Shown here: positions 25,038 to 36,819 of the stretch, in pieces | Layout of the letters: the number at the start of each line of letters is the position of its first letter | Numbering within the stretch: position 1 is the stretch's first letter | Assembly: GCA_963693365.1 (NCBI GenBank) | Contig: CAVNZM010000001.1 | Coordinates: 11,620,161 to 11,684,160 of the forward strand | DNA: 64,000 bases | Reading direction: 5' to 3' | From: Amoebidium appalachense | Lineage: Eukaryota; Protista; Ichthyosporea | Notes under the pieces: generated by a model | Told to the model about the DNA's origin: nothing | What the model saw: only the letters and a program-made list of their open reading frames with translations | Databases searched by the model: none | Position numbers and translations under genes: made by a program

Positions 25038-25897
25038 GAGGGGGCTGACTGAGAGTGGCAAAAAAAGAGTCGACAGAACCAACCTTAAACATAGTAAGGA
25101 CGGAAACCCGGACCAGAACTTATGAAGTCTAGAGAAGCAGAAAATAGCTTGAACGATCGGTGGAGGGGATGATAGCTATAGTGCTAACAGCAAAAGTAGT
25201 GCCCACAGTCGCTGGTTCATGAACGTGAAAGGCAACGTGCATCTGCAGCCAGCAGACACACGCACACGCACGCACGCACACACACATACACACACACACA
25301 CACAGACACAGACACAGACCAGACAGACAAACGCCATATGCACAAAAGCAGGCAACACAAAACTAACCTTCAAGAAGAAGCTGCAGCATGCAGCATGGTC
25401 CAAAACAATCAGCACGGTGGCTGCGCGATCTGCGGAGGGGATCTGTGACCAGGCGCTGCGGGAAGGGAACTGCGACCAGGCGACCTGCGGGAAGGGACCT
25501 GCGACCAGGCGACCTGCGGGAAAGGACCTGCGGACCTGCGGGAAGGGGGAAGAGAAATGGAGAAAACAACGTGCGTACAGGCTTAAATGGAGAAAAAAAT
25601 TGCAAACCGGATTGGGATTTAGCCAATCACTATTCGCCGCGCCTGATTAGGAAAAAGATAAAAATAGATTTCGGCTCGCGCGCGCGCGTGCATCAGCTTG
25701 GTGCCCTTAGCGCTACCCTTAGTGCCCTTAGTCACAACTATCAGACTATAGTTACGTGTCCTCCACTTCTTTGTTCTTGACCATTTTTTCGGCATGAAAG
25801 GGTTTCTGTTACTTCTTGCTGTCCTTCTTAGCGTGCTTGCTTGTCTTTTTTTCAACATGGGTGTCACTGGCGCTTTCGACTTCTTTGAAATCACACA

Positions 25898-25928
<31 letters not shown>

Positions 25929-26481
25929 GCGCGCGCGCACGCACACACACTCACACATGCACACTGCACACACACACACACACACACACACAGGCGCGCA
26001 CACACAGGCACGCACACACACACAGGCGCACACCTACACAACACACACAGCACATGCACACACAAGCGCACACACGCACACACCCTGTTATCCCTGATCA
26101 TGATGCCCCCTCCCCCCCTCCCTCTTCCCCCCCGCGCACCCCCCCCCCCCCCCCCCCCCCCCCCACCCACCCCACCCACCCACCTACAAAGACGAAAACA
26201 TTGTACATGTATTGCATACACAAATATACTCGCACATATACATACACACATTCACTTTAATCTTTCAGGCTACATGTGCAATATACATTAATTATGCACA
26301 GTCGATAGAATTCGTTGTGAACCCCCCCCCCCCCCCCCCCCCTCCCCCCTCCTCGTTCCCCCCATATGCAATGGGGATAATATTGTTTCCCGCTATTAAT
26401 TAAAAAAATCACCGTTCTAACTTCTTAAGACCGAACCACTTGTAACACCGACAGTTTCGGTTGTGTGGAACCCCCCCCCCT

Positions 26482-26512
<31 letters not shown>

Positions 26513-26622
26513 CCCACCCACCACCTTACCAATATTGAGGTGTACACTGCCCCCACATCCCCAACTGTGTGCTGAATATCCCGTGCTAGGAAACCAATAA
26601 CGTGAAAGTAACACATGCCGCA

Positions 26623-28533
26623 TGTGGGTAGTTATTGAAAAAACCAATAATGTCTAGGTAACATACCGTATGATGTACATATACTATGCTACAAAGGGGG
26701 TTCTATACGAGCTACAACGTTGTGTTTTTTTCGTGTGACCCTCGTACTCCAGGGGCACATTCACCATCCCCCCCATAAACTTTGTGGTAAAGTTCTCGTG
26801 CTAGAAGCTGTTCTGTGGGTAGTTATTGAAAAAACGAATAATGTCTAGGTAACACATGTACATATGCTATGCTACAAGGGGGGTTCTATTCGAGCTACAA
26901 TGTTGTGTTTTTTTCGTGTGACCCTCGTACTCCAGGGGCACATTCACCATCCACCCCATAAACGTTGTGGTAAATCTCTCGTCCTAGAGGCTGTTCTGTG
27001 GGTAGTTATTGAAAAACCAATAATGTCTAGGTAACATATATATGTACATATACTATGCTACAAGGGGGGTTCTATACGAGCTACAACGTTGTGTTTTTTT
27101 CGTGTGACCCTCGTACTCCAGGGGCACATTCACCATCCCCCCCATAAACGTTGTGGTAAAGCTCTCGTGCTAGAAGCTGTTCTGTGGGTAGTTATTGAAA
27201 AAACCAATAATGTCTAGGTAACATACTATGTACATATACTATGCTACAAGGGGGGTTCTATACGAGCTACAACGTTGTGCTTTTTTCGTGTGACCCTCGT
27301 ACTCCAGGGGCACATTCACCATCCCCCCCATACACGTTGTGGTAAAGCTCTCGTGCTAGAAGCTGTTCTGTGGGTAGTTATTGAAAAAACGAATAATGTC
27401 TAGGTAACACATGTACTTATACTATGCTACAAGGGGGGTTCTATTCGAGCTACAATGTTGTGTTTTTTTCGTGTGACCCTCGTACTTCAGGGGCACATTC
27501 ACCATCCACCCCATAAACTTTGTGGTAAATCTCTCGTGCTAGAGGCTGTTCTGTGGGTAGCTATTGAAAACCCAATAATGTCTAGGTAACATATGTACAT
27601 ATACTATGCTACAAGGGGGGTTCTATACGAGCTACAACGTTGTGTTTTTTTCGTGTGACCCTCGTACTCCAGGGGCACATTCACCATCCCCCCCATAAAC
27701 GTTGTGGTAAAGCTCTCGTGCTAGAAGCTGTTCTGTGGGTAGTTATTGAAAAAACCAATAATGTCTAGGTAACATACTATGTACATATACTATGCTACAA
27801 GGGGGGTTCTATACGAGCTACAACGTTGTGTTTTTTCGTGTGACCCTTGTACTCCAGGGGCACATTCAACATCCCCCCCATACACGTTGTGGTAAATGTC
27901 TCGTGCTAGAAGCTGTTCTGTGGGTAGTTATTGAAACAACCAATAATGTCTAGGTAACACATGGACATATACTATGCTACAAGGGGGGTCTATTCGAGCT
28001 ACAACATTGTGTTTTTTTCGTGTGACCCTCGTACTCCAGGGGCACATTCACCATCTCCCCCATAAACTTTGTGGTAAATGTCTCGTGCTAGAAGCTGTTC
28101 TGTGGGTAGTTATTGAAAAAACCAATAATGTCTAGGTAACATACTATGTACATATACTATGCTACAAGGGGGGTTCTATACGAGCTACAACGTTGTGTTT
28201 TTTTCGTGTGACCCTCGTACTCCAGGGGCACATTCACCATCCCCCCCATAAACTTTGTGGTAAAGCTCTCGTGCTAGAAGCTGTTCTGTGGGTAGTTATT
28301 GAAAAAACGAATAATGTCTAGGTAACACATGTACTTATACTATGCTACAAGGGGGGTTCTATTCGAGCTACAAGGTTGTGTTTTTTTCGTGTGACCCTCG
28401 TACTCCAGGGGCACATTTACCATCCCCCCCATAAACGTTGTGGTAAATTTCTCGTGCTAGAGGCTGTTCTGTGGGTAGTTATTGAAAAACCAATAATGTC
28501 TAGGTAACATATGTACATATACTATGCTACAAG
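26623..28533. repeat. Tandem satellite-like array, ~184-bp unit, 10 full copies plus a partial copy
   Basis: TGTGGGTAG(T/C)TATTGAAA anchor at 26623, 26814, 26997, 27183, 27369, 27552, 27734, 27919, 28101, 28287 and 28470. Confidence 0.95.
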
Positions 28534-28645
28534 GTGCTACAAGGGAGGAGATATTTTATGAACGGGAGAGTGAGCCGAGAATGTGTAGATAAAGAACAGA
28601 GGAATATCGAGGCAACCGTGGTGTACCCTGTCTTTATGTGAACAC

Positions 28646-28677
<32 letters not shown>

Positions 28678-28748
28678 CTCGCGCGTTCGTGTCTACCGAT
28701 GTACGTGCACACGGGCATGTGTTTGGGTGTGTGTATGTACGTGTGTGT

Positions 28749-28779
<31 letters not shown>

Positions 28780-28814
28780 GGGGGGGGGGTAGGTGCGCAT
28801 GGTAACGTGTGTGT

Positions 28815-28897
<83 letters not shown>

Positions 28898-28930
28898 CAA
28901 CGTGCCTGTGTGTGTGTGTGTGTGTGTGGC

Positions 28931-28961
<31 letters not shown>

Positions 28962-31568
28962 AGGGCAACGTGTCTGTCTGTGTGTGTGTATCTCTCTCTG
29001 TGTGTGTGTGTTTGTGTGTGTGTGTGTGGCAGCGTGCGTGTCTCGCTGTGTGTGTGTGTGTGTGTGGGTGTCATGATTGACGACATAGGTTCAGAAGAAG
29101 AGTGTGTATCACTACGTTGCAGTTTTCACATACTTTGTAGTTCACGCGCGCGGAGGCATAATGTTAACGTGCGTTACCGGTTATAGAAAGCACAAGCGTA
29201 ACTAGCGTTTTATATCATAAATAGTCATAAAATGGTAACGTTCATTATAACTACGATGCATGAGAATAGAATGATATCAACAATACATACATTAGATATC
29301 GTACGGATATCTTGCGATATATCATCTGGTGTCCGGAGAATGTGCACGTGCCTGTGATGTGCACCCGCCCTAATGCAGTAAGGTATTGTTTTCAGGCGCT
29401 AATAAACCTTCAAAGGTGGTAACATCCTCGGAACACACAAAATATAAAATTGCAATAAATAACCATTTTCCTGCTTCGATGCTCGAAATTGGTACTATGT
29501 AGTTACTAGATTGCTCTATTTTGCCTAGTGTTTAGTGTTTCGGACGTTCGCAATTTACACTCTGCCACATGGCACTTGCCAAATGGGGTAATTTAGTTTT
29601 ATTTGCGGCCGTTGTGGTTGCGTGTTTATCTAACAAATATCATTATGAGATGTTTATGACCCCTGTGGGATATGTACAAGATCAGACCATAGAAGATCAG
29701 GTCGTTGCGATGTCGTAAAGATGGCAGAAACATATCTTCATTAGATGTATGCGATAATCTCAATTAAACATGAAACGTGATTGGCTGATCACAGTTGGGT
29801 GACCCTGAGCATGCCGTTTTGAAGAATAACAACCAATCAAAATCGGGTTTGCCATTTTGTGATTTTCGTCCCACAATCGAACGGAAAAGCGATTTCCTGG
29901 CCCTATATAAATGGCCATGCCACCATCACATTCAGATGGCCGCAATGAGCCCCGCAATGCCCCGTGTGAGTAATTGGCGGGTTTCCCAACGATTGCTCAG
30001 CTGGCTTGATCACAAAAATTTTCTTTGCGCGTATATCGCAACCATTCTCATCGGACATCTAATAGACATCTAAAGGATTTTTCGATTGTTCTTCTGATAT
30101 CTTTCTAATATCCACAATGCTGCCGTTTAGATATCACATTGATGTACTTACAAAAGACACTGACCTTCTACTGCACGGATGTTCTTCTGATATCTTTCTA
30201 ATATCCACAATACTGCCGCTTAGATATCACTGGGATGGCAAGCTTATGTATCATATACTTATGAATTCGATATATAAATATATCCCTATGCGGATATCGC
30301 AATGATAATCTAAGGGCCTCTAAAAGATATGTAGATGATACCTCGTGGACTACTGCTCTGGACATATTAGGATATTCAAATGATAGGTTACAGCATATCA
30401 CATTGATGTACATAGCGACATCTTACCGATATCAATCACACAACTCACTAGTCTTTATTTAGATATATCAGGTACATATCCTTACGACGTGTACAAAGAT
30501 ATGAATTAGATATCGTAGCTTGGGCCTGCAAAGAGGCAGTTGTGATATGTTTGAGATGTAGGACCAAAAACAGATAACATATTGAATATAAAAGGGATAT
30601 CAAAAAGAATATCAAAAGGATACCCACAATGCTGCCGTTTTAGACAGAGCGGGATATTCAAATGATAAGTTACAGCATATCACATTGATGTACATAGGGG
30701 CATCTTACACATACCAATCACATATATCACAAGTCTTTATTTAGATATATTTGGTACATATCCTTACGACCTGTACAATGATATGAATTAGATATCATAT
30801 CTTGGGCCTGTGGACAAAGGGATATCCGAAAGGATATCAAAAGGATGTCTTCAACATGCCTACTGGTTGTGTACAAGGGTATCTTCTGGATTACCCCCAT
30901 GGGCGCATAACGATATCAAAAAAATGGTTGTAGGTACATCACAACGATGTCCAGACGATATCAAAACAACATCTGTATTATATTCAATTTATAAGCATAC
31001 ATGTTATCCATCAGATATCACGTTGATATCAATTTGTATTGTCCCACGACATCAGGTAGATATCGTCATGTAATGCGTATTGGATGGGATTAAGATATTC
31101 TATAATGAGGGATATCTGTAGGCTATAACAAAGACATCTAACAGATATCGTTTGGGGCACCAATATCCTAAACGTATGTGAAACATATCCAAAAGAGCTA
31201 TTATGACCTTGCTAACATACATATCACTAGGATAGCATATGGATATCATAATGCTATGAGGAAATTTTGAGATTTTCGGTCAAAAACCAAAACCATCGTG
31301 GTTTTCTATGATATCGTAAGGATATCGTAAGGATATCAGCAAAGGATGGGTTTCGGATATGCGCCATACCATAACCAATCCGAACCCTATCAAAGATATC
31401 ATTGATAGGGATCTGATGGGTTCTATCCGGGAATTCTATGATATCTTGTCAGGCTCTTTTTGACGTATTTAGGGTGGGGTTTGGTATGCCATATATCAAA
31501 ATGATATATAAGATGGGTTTCGGATGCCGGATGAAGTTTGCTGATGTGTGTGGGTGTAGGTGGGTGGG

Positions 31569-32006
31569 TGAAAAGGAATATATAGCTGTAAGGCTGTGGA
31601 TGCTAAACACAGAAGATGTGTTTGTAGCTTGCTGATCTGCTAAAAACTGTCGTGCTTATATACCTAAGCCTACCGATCTGAGCCAATCAAAAATCGATCT
31701 AGTGATATGTGAAATCTGATCCGAGCCAATCATAACTCGGTCTAGTGATCTGTGGTATCTGATGTTTTGACTGGCTAATAGGTGCCCGTGCGCGGGCAGC
31801 CAACCGCTAACTGCTAAAACACGAAATGAAGCCTACATGGTTGTGTTGGTATCGAACACCCATCCTACGTGTTTACCCAGAAAAATATTTATGTCAATAA
31901 TTTCCACAAATAAAACCTCTATGAAAACTACTCCGGGACGTGTGTTGCCTCTAGGGGGACATCCCCTTGGACGAAAGTGAACCTGCAATGGTTGTAAACC
32001 ACGGCA
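31569..32006 (-). repeat. Ngaro internal B1-A2 repeats
   Basis: A2 (31569-31917) matches A1 apart from one substitution and an 18-bp duplication in A1; it abuts B1 directly. Confidence 0.9.
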
Positions 32007-32034
32007 CGAGAGCAGTATGCTTGCTCCAAAGGTT

Positions 32035-33240
32035 TCACTTAAGAAGAGAGGCGAATACACGTGTGGTGGTGGCAGCAATGGAGGCCGGACGAAGTCGGGT
32101 ATAGATCAGGAAGCAGTCGGAGGACCACCGGCCGAGTTGTTTGATCCGGGAGTCGTCGACCCCGGCCTCAGCCAGTGCTGTGGCCCCCCCGATGCGGAGG
32201 CTGTGTCCGGCAAACCGGGAGGGTGAGAGGCCTGCCCGGGAGAGGAGGGCACGGAAATCGGCAGAGAAAGCACTCTTGGTGTAGGGGATGCCACCGAGAC
32301 TGAAGAGGGGGTCGTCGGGTTGACCGGACGTTGTATCCAGGAACTGCCGGAGGAGATGGGCTGGGGAGAAGTGGGTGAGGGGCAGGGCAGCTAGGGTGAC
32401 GTTGACACCTCGGGCCTGTACATCCGTCTTAGAGGTTGGCAGGTGGAGGGTGGCATGGGACAAAGTACCGGTGGGGGTGTAGCTGAGGGTCACGTCCTTC
32501 CGTTTAACGTGACGGGACGGGTCGAAAGAAGTCAGGGTCTTGGAGGTAAATTCCCCTGAACGGAGGAGACCACAGAAACCGACGATGAGGGCCGTCCATA
32601 GCCGGAGATTGGCCGAGGAGGCCTTGGTGGGGCACTGGCCATGGAGTAGGCGGAGGTGGGAGGGGAGGAGGGGTTCCCTGGTGGATGAGCGGGGTCGGAT
32701 GTTGTGAGAAAGCTGCCATCGGCCTACCCCCCGTAGGAACCAGGCCAGAGACTTGTCGTGGGGGTAGGGAGCAGGGAGGCCCATGTCGAGGTGGAGCCTG
32801 GTGATGGCCGAATTGTAGCCGGTTAAGGAAGAGGCCTGTACCCCTCGTTGGGCACACCAGGCGAGAAAAAGTTGCACGGTGTGTGGGGAGGCCGGGAGGG
32901 AGGACCCGGAGGAGGATTGCAGCCGAGATGCCACACAGAAATCGATGAACACTTTTTGCACCCGGGAGTAAAAGGCCCGAGAGTCGAGGTTGAGACTCAG
33001 GGCCTGGCATTCCTGCAGGGTAGTGGTGGCTCGAAGCAGCTCGGCCGGAGCAAAGTGGGGGGCCAATCTGCCAGTGTTGCTCCGGAACGGGAGATCTGGG
33101 GGGGGGGGGGGGGGGGGGGGGGGGTTAGCCCAAGGGAAGGGATAGGAACTCGTGGACCCAGGAGGGGAAGGGGCAGGGCTCCGGTTGCAGGGAAGGTCGG
33201 AGTCGTCGGGCCCGGGGAAGTTGGTTACGAGAAATGGCAT
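32035..33240 (-). CDS. Tyrosine recombinase of the Ngaro element
   Basis: LLRSGEF, SKTD, GHSLRIGGAT and LGRWSSDCFLIY give the R-K-HxxR-W-Y catalytic set; overlaps the end of the RT-RH ORF. Confidence 0.92.
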   Translation of the reverse strand: MPFLVTNFPGPDDSDLPCNRSPAPSPPGSTSSYPFPWANPPPPPPPPPDLPFRSNTGRLAPHFAPAELLRATTTLQECQALSLNLDSRAFYSRVQKVFIDFCVASRLQSSSGSSLPASPHTVQLFLAWCAQRGVQASSLTGYNSAITRLHLDMGLPAPYPHDKSLAWFLRGVGRWQLSHNIRPRSSTREPLLPSHLRLLHGQCPTKASSANLRLWTALIVGFCGLLRSGEFTSKTLTSFDPSRHVKRKDVTLSYTPTGTLSHATLHLPTSKTDVQARGVNVTLAALPLTHFSPAHLLRQFLDTTSGQPDDPLFSLGGIPYTKSAFSADFRALLSRAGLSPSRFAGHSLRIGGATALAEAGVDDSRIKQLGRWSSDCFLIYTRLRPASIAATTTRVFASLLK

Positions 33241-34807
33241 CGGCCAGATGGTTGAGGGGTCCTGGTAGGTAGGATGCCTGTAACGTAAATTGGTATTGCA
33301 TTTCCATGCGGGTGATGAACCGAATAAGTTTGGCCATCACGGGGTGGGGGGAAGACCGGGAGTGCAGGTCAGACACAGCACCCGTGTTGTCGCATAAAAT
33401 ACGGACATGGTGGGTGGACCAGGAGGGGGCCCAGAGGGCCACGGCGGCTGCGATGGCCAGGAGTTCGATGACGGAAGAACCGAGTTTGCCCTCATGAGCA
33501 TAGAGGGCTTGGGTGGAGGGGGACCAGGGCATGAAGAACCATTGGTCGAGCCAGTGGCCACCTAGACCCACCGATCCGGCAGCATCAGTGGCCAGGGTGG
33601 TGTATGTGGGGGGTGTGATGAGGTGCACCCCATTCCATGATGTGAGGAACTGGTGCCATTCGGCTATGTCGGCCCGGGCGGCAGCAGTCAGTCGTATGTG
33701 GTGGTGGCCGGCAAGGTGTGGGTGGGTTCGGAGAAGGGCCCATAGGCGCTGGGAGAAGGCCCTCCCGGGGGGAACCAGCTGGGCACACCAGGTGAGTTTG
33801 CCGAGGAGGGACTGGAGGTCCCGAATGGTGATGGTGGGCTTTGGGTGGGAAGTGAGGTCGAGTAGGTCCGTGAGCTTGGAAGCCGGGATTCGTGCCTCCA
33901 TGGCGATGGAGTCGAATTCGATACCGATGAAGACGACACGGGTAGCCGGGCCCTGCATCTTGTCTTCGGAGATGGCAATGTGCAGCTCTCGGCAGAGTTG
34001 CAGGAAGGTGGATAGGTGACGTTGGCACTGCTCTTGTGTGGGGGCGACTATAATCCAGTCGTCTACGTAGTGGCGGATGAGGGTAATACCGTGCTGGTGT
34101 GCCAGCCACTGTAGGGTGGCCGCGATCCGTTCCCAAATGGCTGGGCTAGATTTCAGGCCGAAGGGCAGTCTGGTTTCAACGTAAAAATGCCCTTGCCATT
34201 TGAATGCCATTAAGTGGTGGTCTTCCGGTCGGATGGGCATGTGCCGGAAGGCAGCCTGCACATCTGCCACGGCCATGTAGCAGCCGGGGCCTGCGTCGAG
34301 AATGAGTTGGGTGACATCCCGGGCGCGAATGTACTGAAGTTCGTCGGGGTAGGTGATGCTGTCATTGACACTGCTACCCCGGGGCCAGGAGAGGTGGTGG
34401 ATTCGACGGTACTTGGGGGGGTTCCCTTTCTTGGTAACGGCGCCGATGGGGGAGGAACGGTGGACGGGAAATTCGTCAAAGAATTGGGCCGGGGAGAGGG
34501 GGCCGCGCAGGTGGCCGAGGGCGACTTCTTTGGCAATATCCACCGTGATAGCGGCAGCTGCCTCCGGGGTGGTGGGTAGGTTGGGGCCCACCCGAGAGGT
34601 GGAGGGGCCGCGATAGCCGATGTCGACGCCGAATTCGACATCGTGGAGGAGTTGTGCGGCGAATGGTTGGTCCGGGTAGGAGGCCAGCAGTTCCCGGAGG
34701 CGGGAGGTGTCAATGTGGTGCTGGGGCAGCGGGCGGGCCACCGGGTCTGAGCCTCGGGGGAAGGGGTGGTTAGCAAGGGTGGTGTGCCCTTGGGGAGATC
34801 CCGGCAG

Positions 34808-34854
<47 letters not shown>

Positions 34855-34969
34855 CAGGGCCCCGGGGGGTTAGAGTAGGGCAGCTGGGCCCAAGTGAGGG
34901 TTGGCAGGGAGGGCAGCGGGGCCCTGTGCAGGGGAATGTGCCCGAGCACGCGGGGGTGTGGGCGGACAC
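33125..34969 (-). CDS. Reverse transcriptase-RNase H of the Ngaro element
   Basis: YRRIHHLS, ADVQAAFRH, LPFGLKSSP, YVDD; RNase H motifs TDAAG, IELLA, CDN, ADAISR. True start uncertain. Confidence 0.92.
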
Positions 34970-35252
34970 AGCGGTAGAAGAAGGGGGGGGGGGGGGGGAG
35001 GGAGTGCTAGGTGAGTGTAAGGGGGGGGGAGGCTCGTGGGATGGGGGGGGGGAGTAAAATTATGTGCAGTGGCCAGAATAAACGTCTTTGTGTAGGGACA
35101 TTTATTCGTGACGCGCGCGGGCGCCGTAGTTGGCCTGCGAAATTTTGTACTCAGCCCTATTGGCCCGTTCTCCCGAGCTCCGTTTCCCTGTACTCGTGTG
35201 TCCTAGCTCCTAACCCCTATGTTCTAGCTGTGTGTGTGGGTGTGCGCGTAGA

Positions 35253-36422
35253 CTAGGCATTGTGCTTGCAGTCTTTGCGGGGGTGTGTGCCAGAGCAGAG
35301 CGGGCACACGTGGGAGAAGGGGCAGGGCTGCTTAGCGCAGGACCGACCGTTAATGTGGAAATTCCTGCAGTGCGTCGCGGGTAGATCCACGGGTCGGGCC
35401 GGTTTTGCCGGGCCGGGTTGCGGGCCAGGGCGGTTCGGGGTGTGACCCCCGCCGGGCTTGTGGGGCGGCTTAAAGCCGTCAAGACCACAGCCGGGCTTGG
35501 GGTACATGGGGCAGGCCGCGCTGGGGTGGTCGGGGAAGCCACAGCGCTGACATGCGTCCGGGATGAGCAGAGTGGGTGGCAGGAGGAGATCCTGGTGGAG
35601 TTGGGCGAGCAGGTTGGGGCACTCGATCGGAGCCCGACCCTGCTGGTGGGCAACGGTGCGGGCGTATACGTCATAGTTGTGGATCTGGGCCCACGGGTAT
35701 CGGGTGCTGAGGCGAGTGATGTGCTGAGTCCAAAGTACGTCTTTGTCCGTGGGAAGGCCGAGGTGGTGCTTGGCGGCCATGTAATGGGTCCAAGCTTGGA
35801 TCCAAATGACGAGTGAACGCAGGGGAACGGGTTTGTCTTGGCGAAAAGTCTCGATGCTGCCGTCGTCGGCCATGCGCAGATGCTGACCTTTCTTGGATGG
35901 GGCCAGGAGGGCGGCGGGGGTGAACTTATACAGATCGACGAAACGATTGGCGCGCAAATCTGCCAGCACATCCGCGGGGGGAAGCGGGAGTGTGCCCGGC
36001 TGAATGTCGCCAGTGTTCTCACCTGTGATGGGGGGCGCGGGCAGGGCAGGTAGGTCTAGGTCAGGGCCGAGATGCAGCCCCGGGGAAACCTCCCCGGGTG
36101 TGGAGGGCGCGGCGGGGGGCGCGGGAGGGTCGCGGTTGGTGAGAGCAGCCAGGACGCCAGCCATCTGGGTGCTGATGGCGGTGAGGGCGGCCAGGACGGC
36201 GTCTTGAGAAGTCATCTGCGGGGACGGCGGGGCCTGAGGGGGAACTTCAGGAGTGGAGGGGAGAGTAGCCGGCGGGTCCGGGTCCGTGGTGGTATGGGCC
36301 GCTGGAGGCGCGTCAGTGTCCGCGGGAGCGTTGGTCAGCCTGTGGCGGAGGTCGCTGCGGGTCAGGCGCTTAGGTGCCGCGGCAGGGGCGGCGGCTGAGG
36401 CCTGGCGCTTTTTCGGCGGCAT
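35253..36422 (-). CDS. Gag-like ORF1 of the Ngaro element
   Basis: ATG at 36422 (MPPKKRQ); knuckle CQRCGFPDHPSAAC and a CCCH/CCHC-like terminus CRNFH...C...C..SHVCPLCSGTHPRKDC. Confidence 0.8.
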   Translation of the reverse strand: MPPKKRQASAAAPAAAPKRLTRSDLRHRLTNAPADTDAPPAAHTTTDPDPPATLPSTPEVPPQAPPSPQMTSQDAVLAALTAISTQMAGVLAALTNRDPPAPPAAPSTPGEVSPGLHLGPDLDLPALPAPPITGENTGDIQPGTLPLPPADVLADLRANRFVDLYKFTPAALLAPSKKGQHLRMADDGSIETFRQDKPVPLRSLVIWIQAWTHYMAAKHHLGLPTDKDVLWTQHITRLSTRYPWAQIHNYDVYARTVAHQQGRAPIECPNLLAQLHQDLLLPPTLLIPDACQRCGFPDHPSAACPMYPKPGCGLDGFKPPHKPGGGHTPNRPGPQPGPAKPARPVDLPATHCRNFHINGRSCAKQPCPFSHVCPLCSGTHPRKDCKHNA

Positions 36423-36452
36423 GCTGACCGGCGTAGGGAAAGATAGGGAGAA

Positions 36453-36819
36453 TGAAAAGGAATATATAGCTGTAAAGGAATATATAGCTGTAAGGCTGTG
36501 GATGCTAAACACAGAAGATGTGTTTGTAGCTTGCTGATCTGCTAAAAACTGTCGTGCTTATATACCTAAGCCTACCGATCTGAGCCAATCAAAAATCGAT
36601 CTAGTGATATGTGAAATCTGATCCGAGCCAATCATAACTCGGTCTAGTGATCTGTGGTATCTGATGTTTTGACTGGCTAATAGGTGCCCGTGTGCGGGCA
36701 GCCAACCGCTAACTGCTAAAACACGAAATGAAGCCTACATGGTTGTGTTGGTATCGAACACCCATCCTACGTGTTTACCCAGAAAAATATTTATGTCAAT
36801 AATTTCCACAAATAAAACC
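36453..36819 (-). repeat. Ngaro 5' terminal repeat A1
   Basis: Direct repeat of 31569-31917. Confidence 0.9.

Larger units (their letters stand above)
19974..31546. mobile_element. 11.6-kb non-autonomous TIR DNA element (possibly EnSpm/CACTA-like) with cargo
   Basis: Perfect 34-bp TIR CATCAGCAAACTTCATCCGGCATCCGAAACCCAT (19974-20007 and 31513-31546); TGTG on both flanks (TSD of 2-4 bp); long subterminal arms rich in degenerate GATATC motifs; no transposase ORF seen. Confidence 0.8.
19774..36818 (-). mobile_element. Ngaro-type (DIRS-order) tyrosine-recombinase retrotransposon with split direct repeats A1-ORFs-B1-A2-B2
   Basis: A1 36453-36819, B1 31917-32006, A2 31569-31917, B2 19774-19863; gag, RT-RNaseH and YR ORFs; no methyltransferase domain; no TSD, only a 1-bp C overlap. 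Confidence 0.9.

Noticed and set aside
26623-28533. CRISPR-like array
   Set aside because: Whole units are near-identical with no unique spacers; no cas genes; eukaryotic context.
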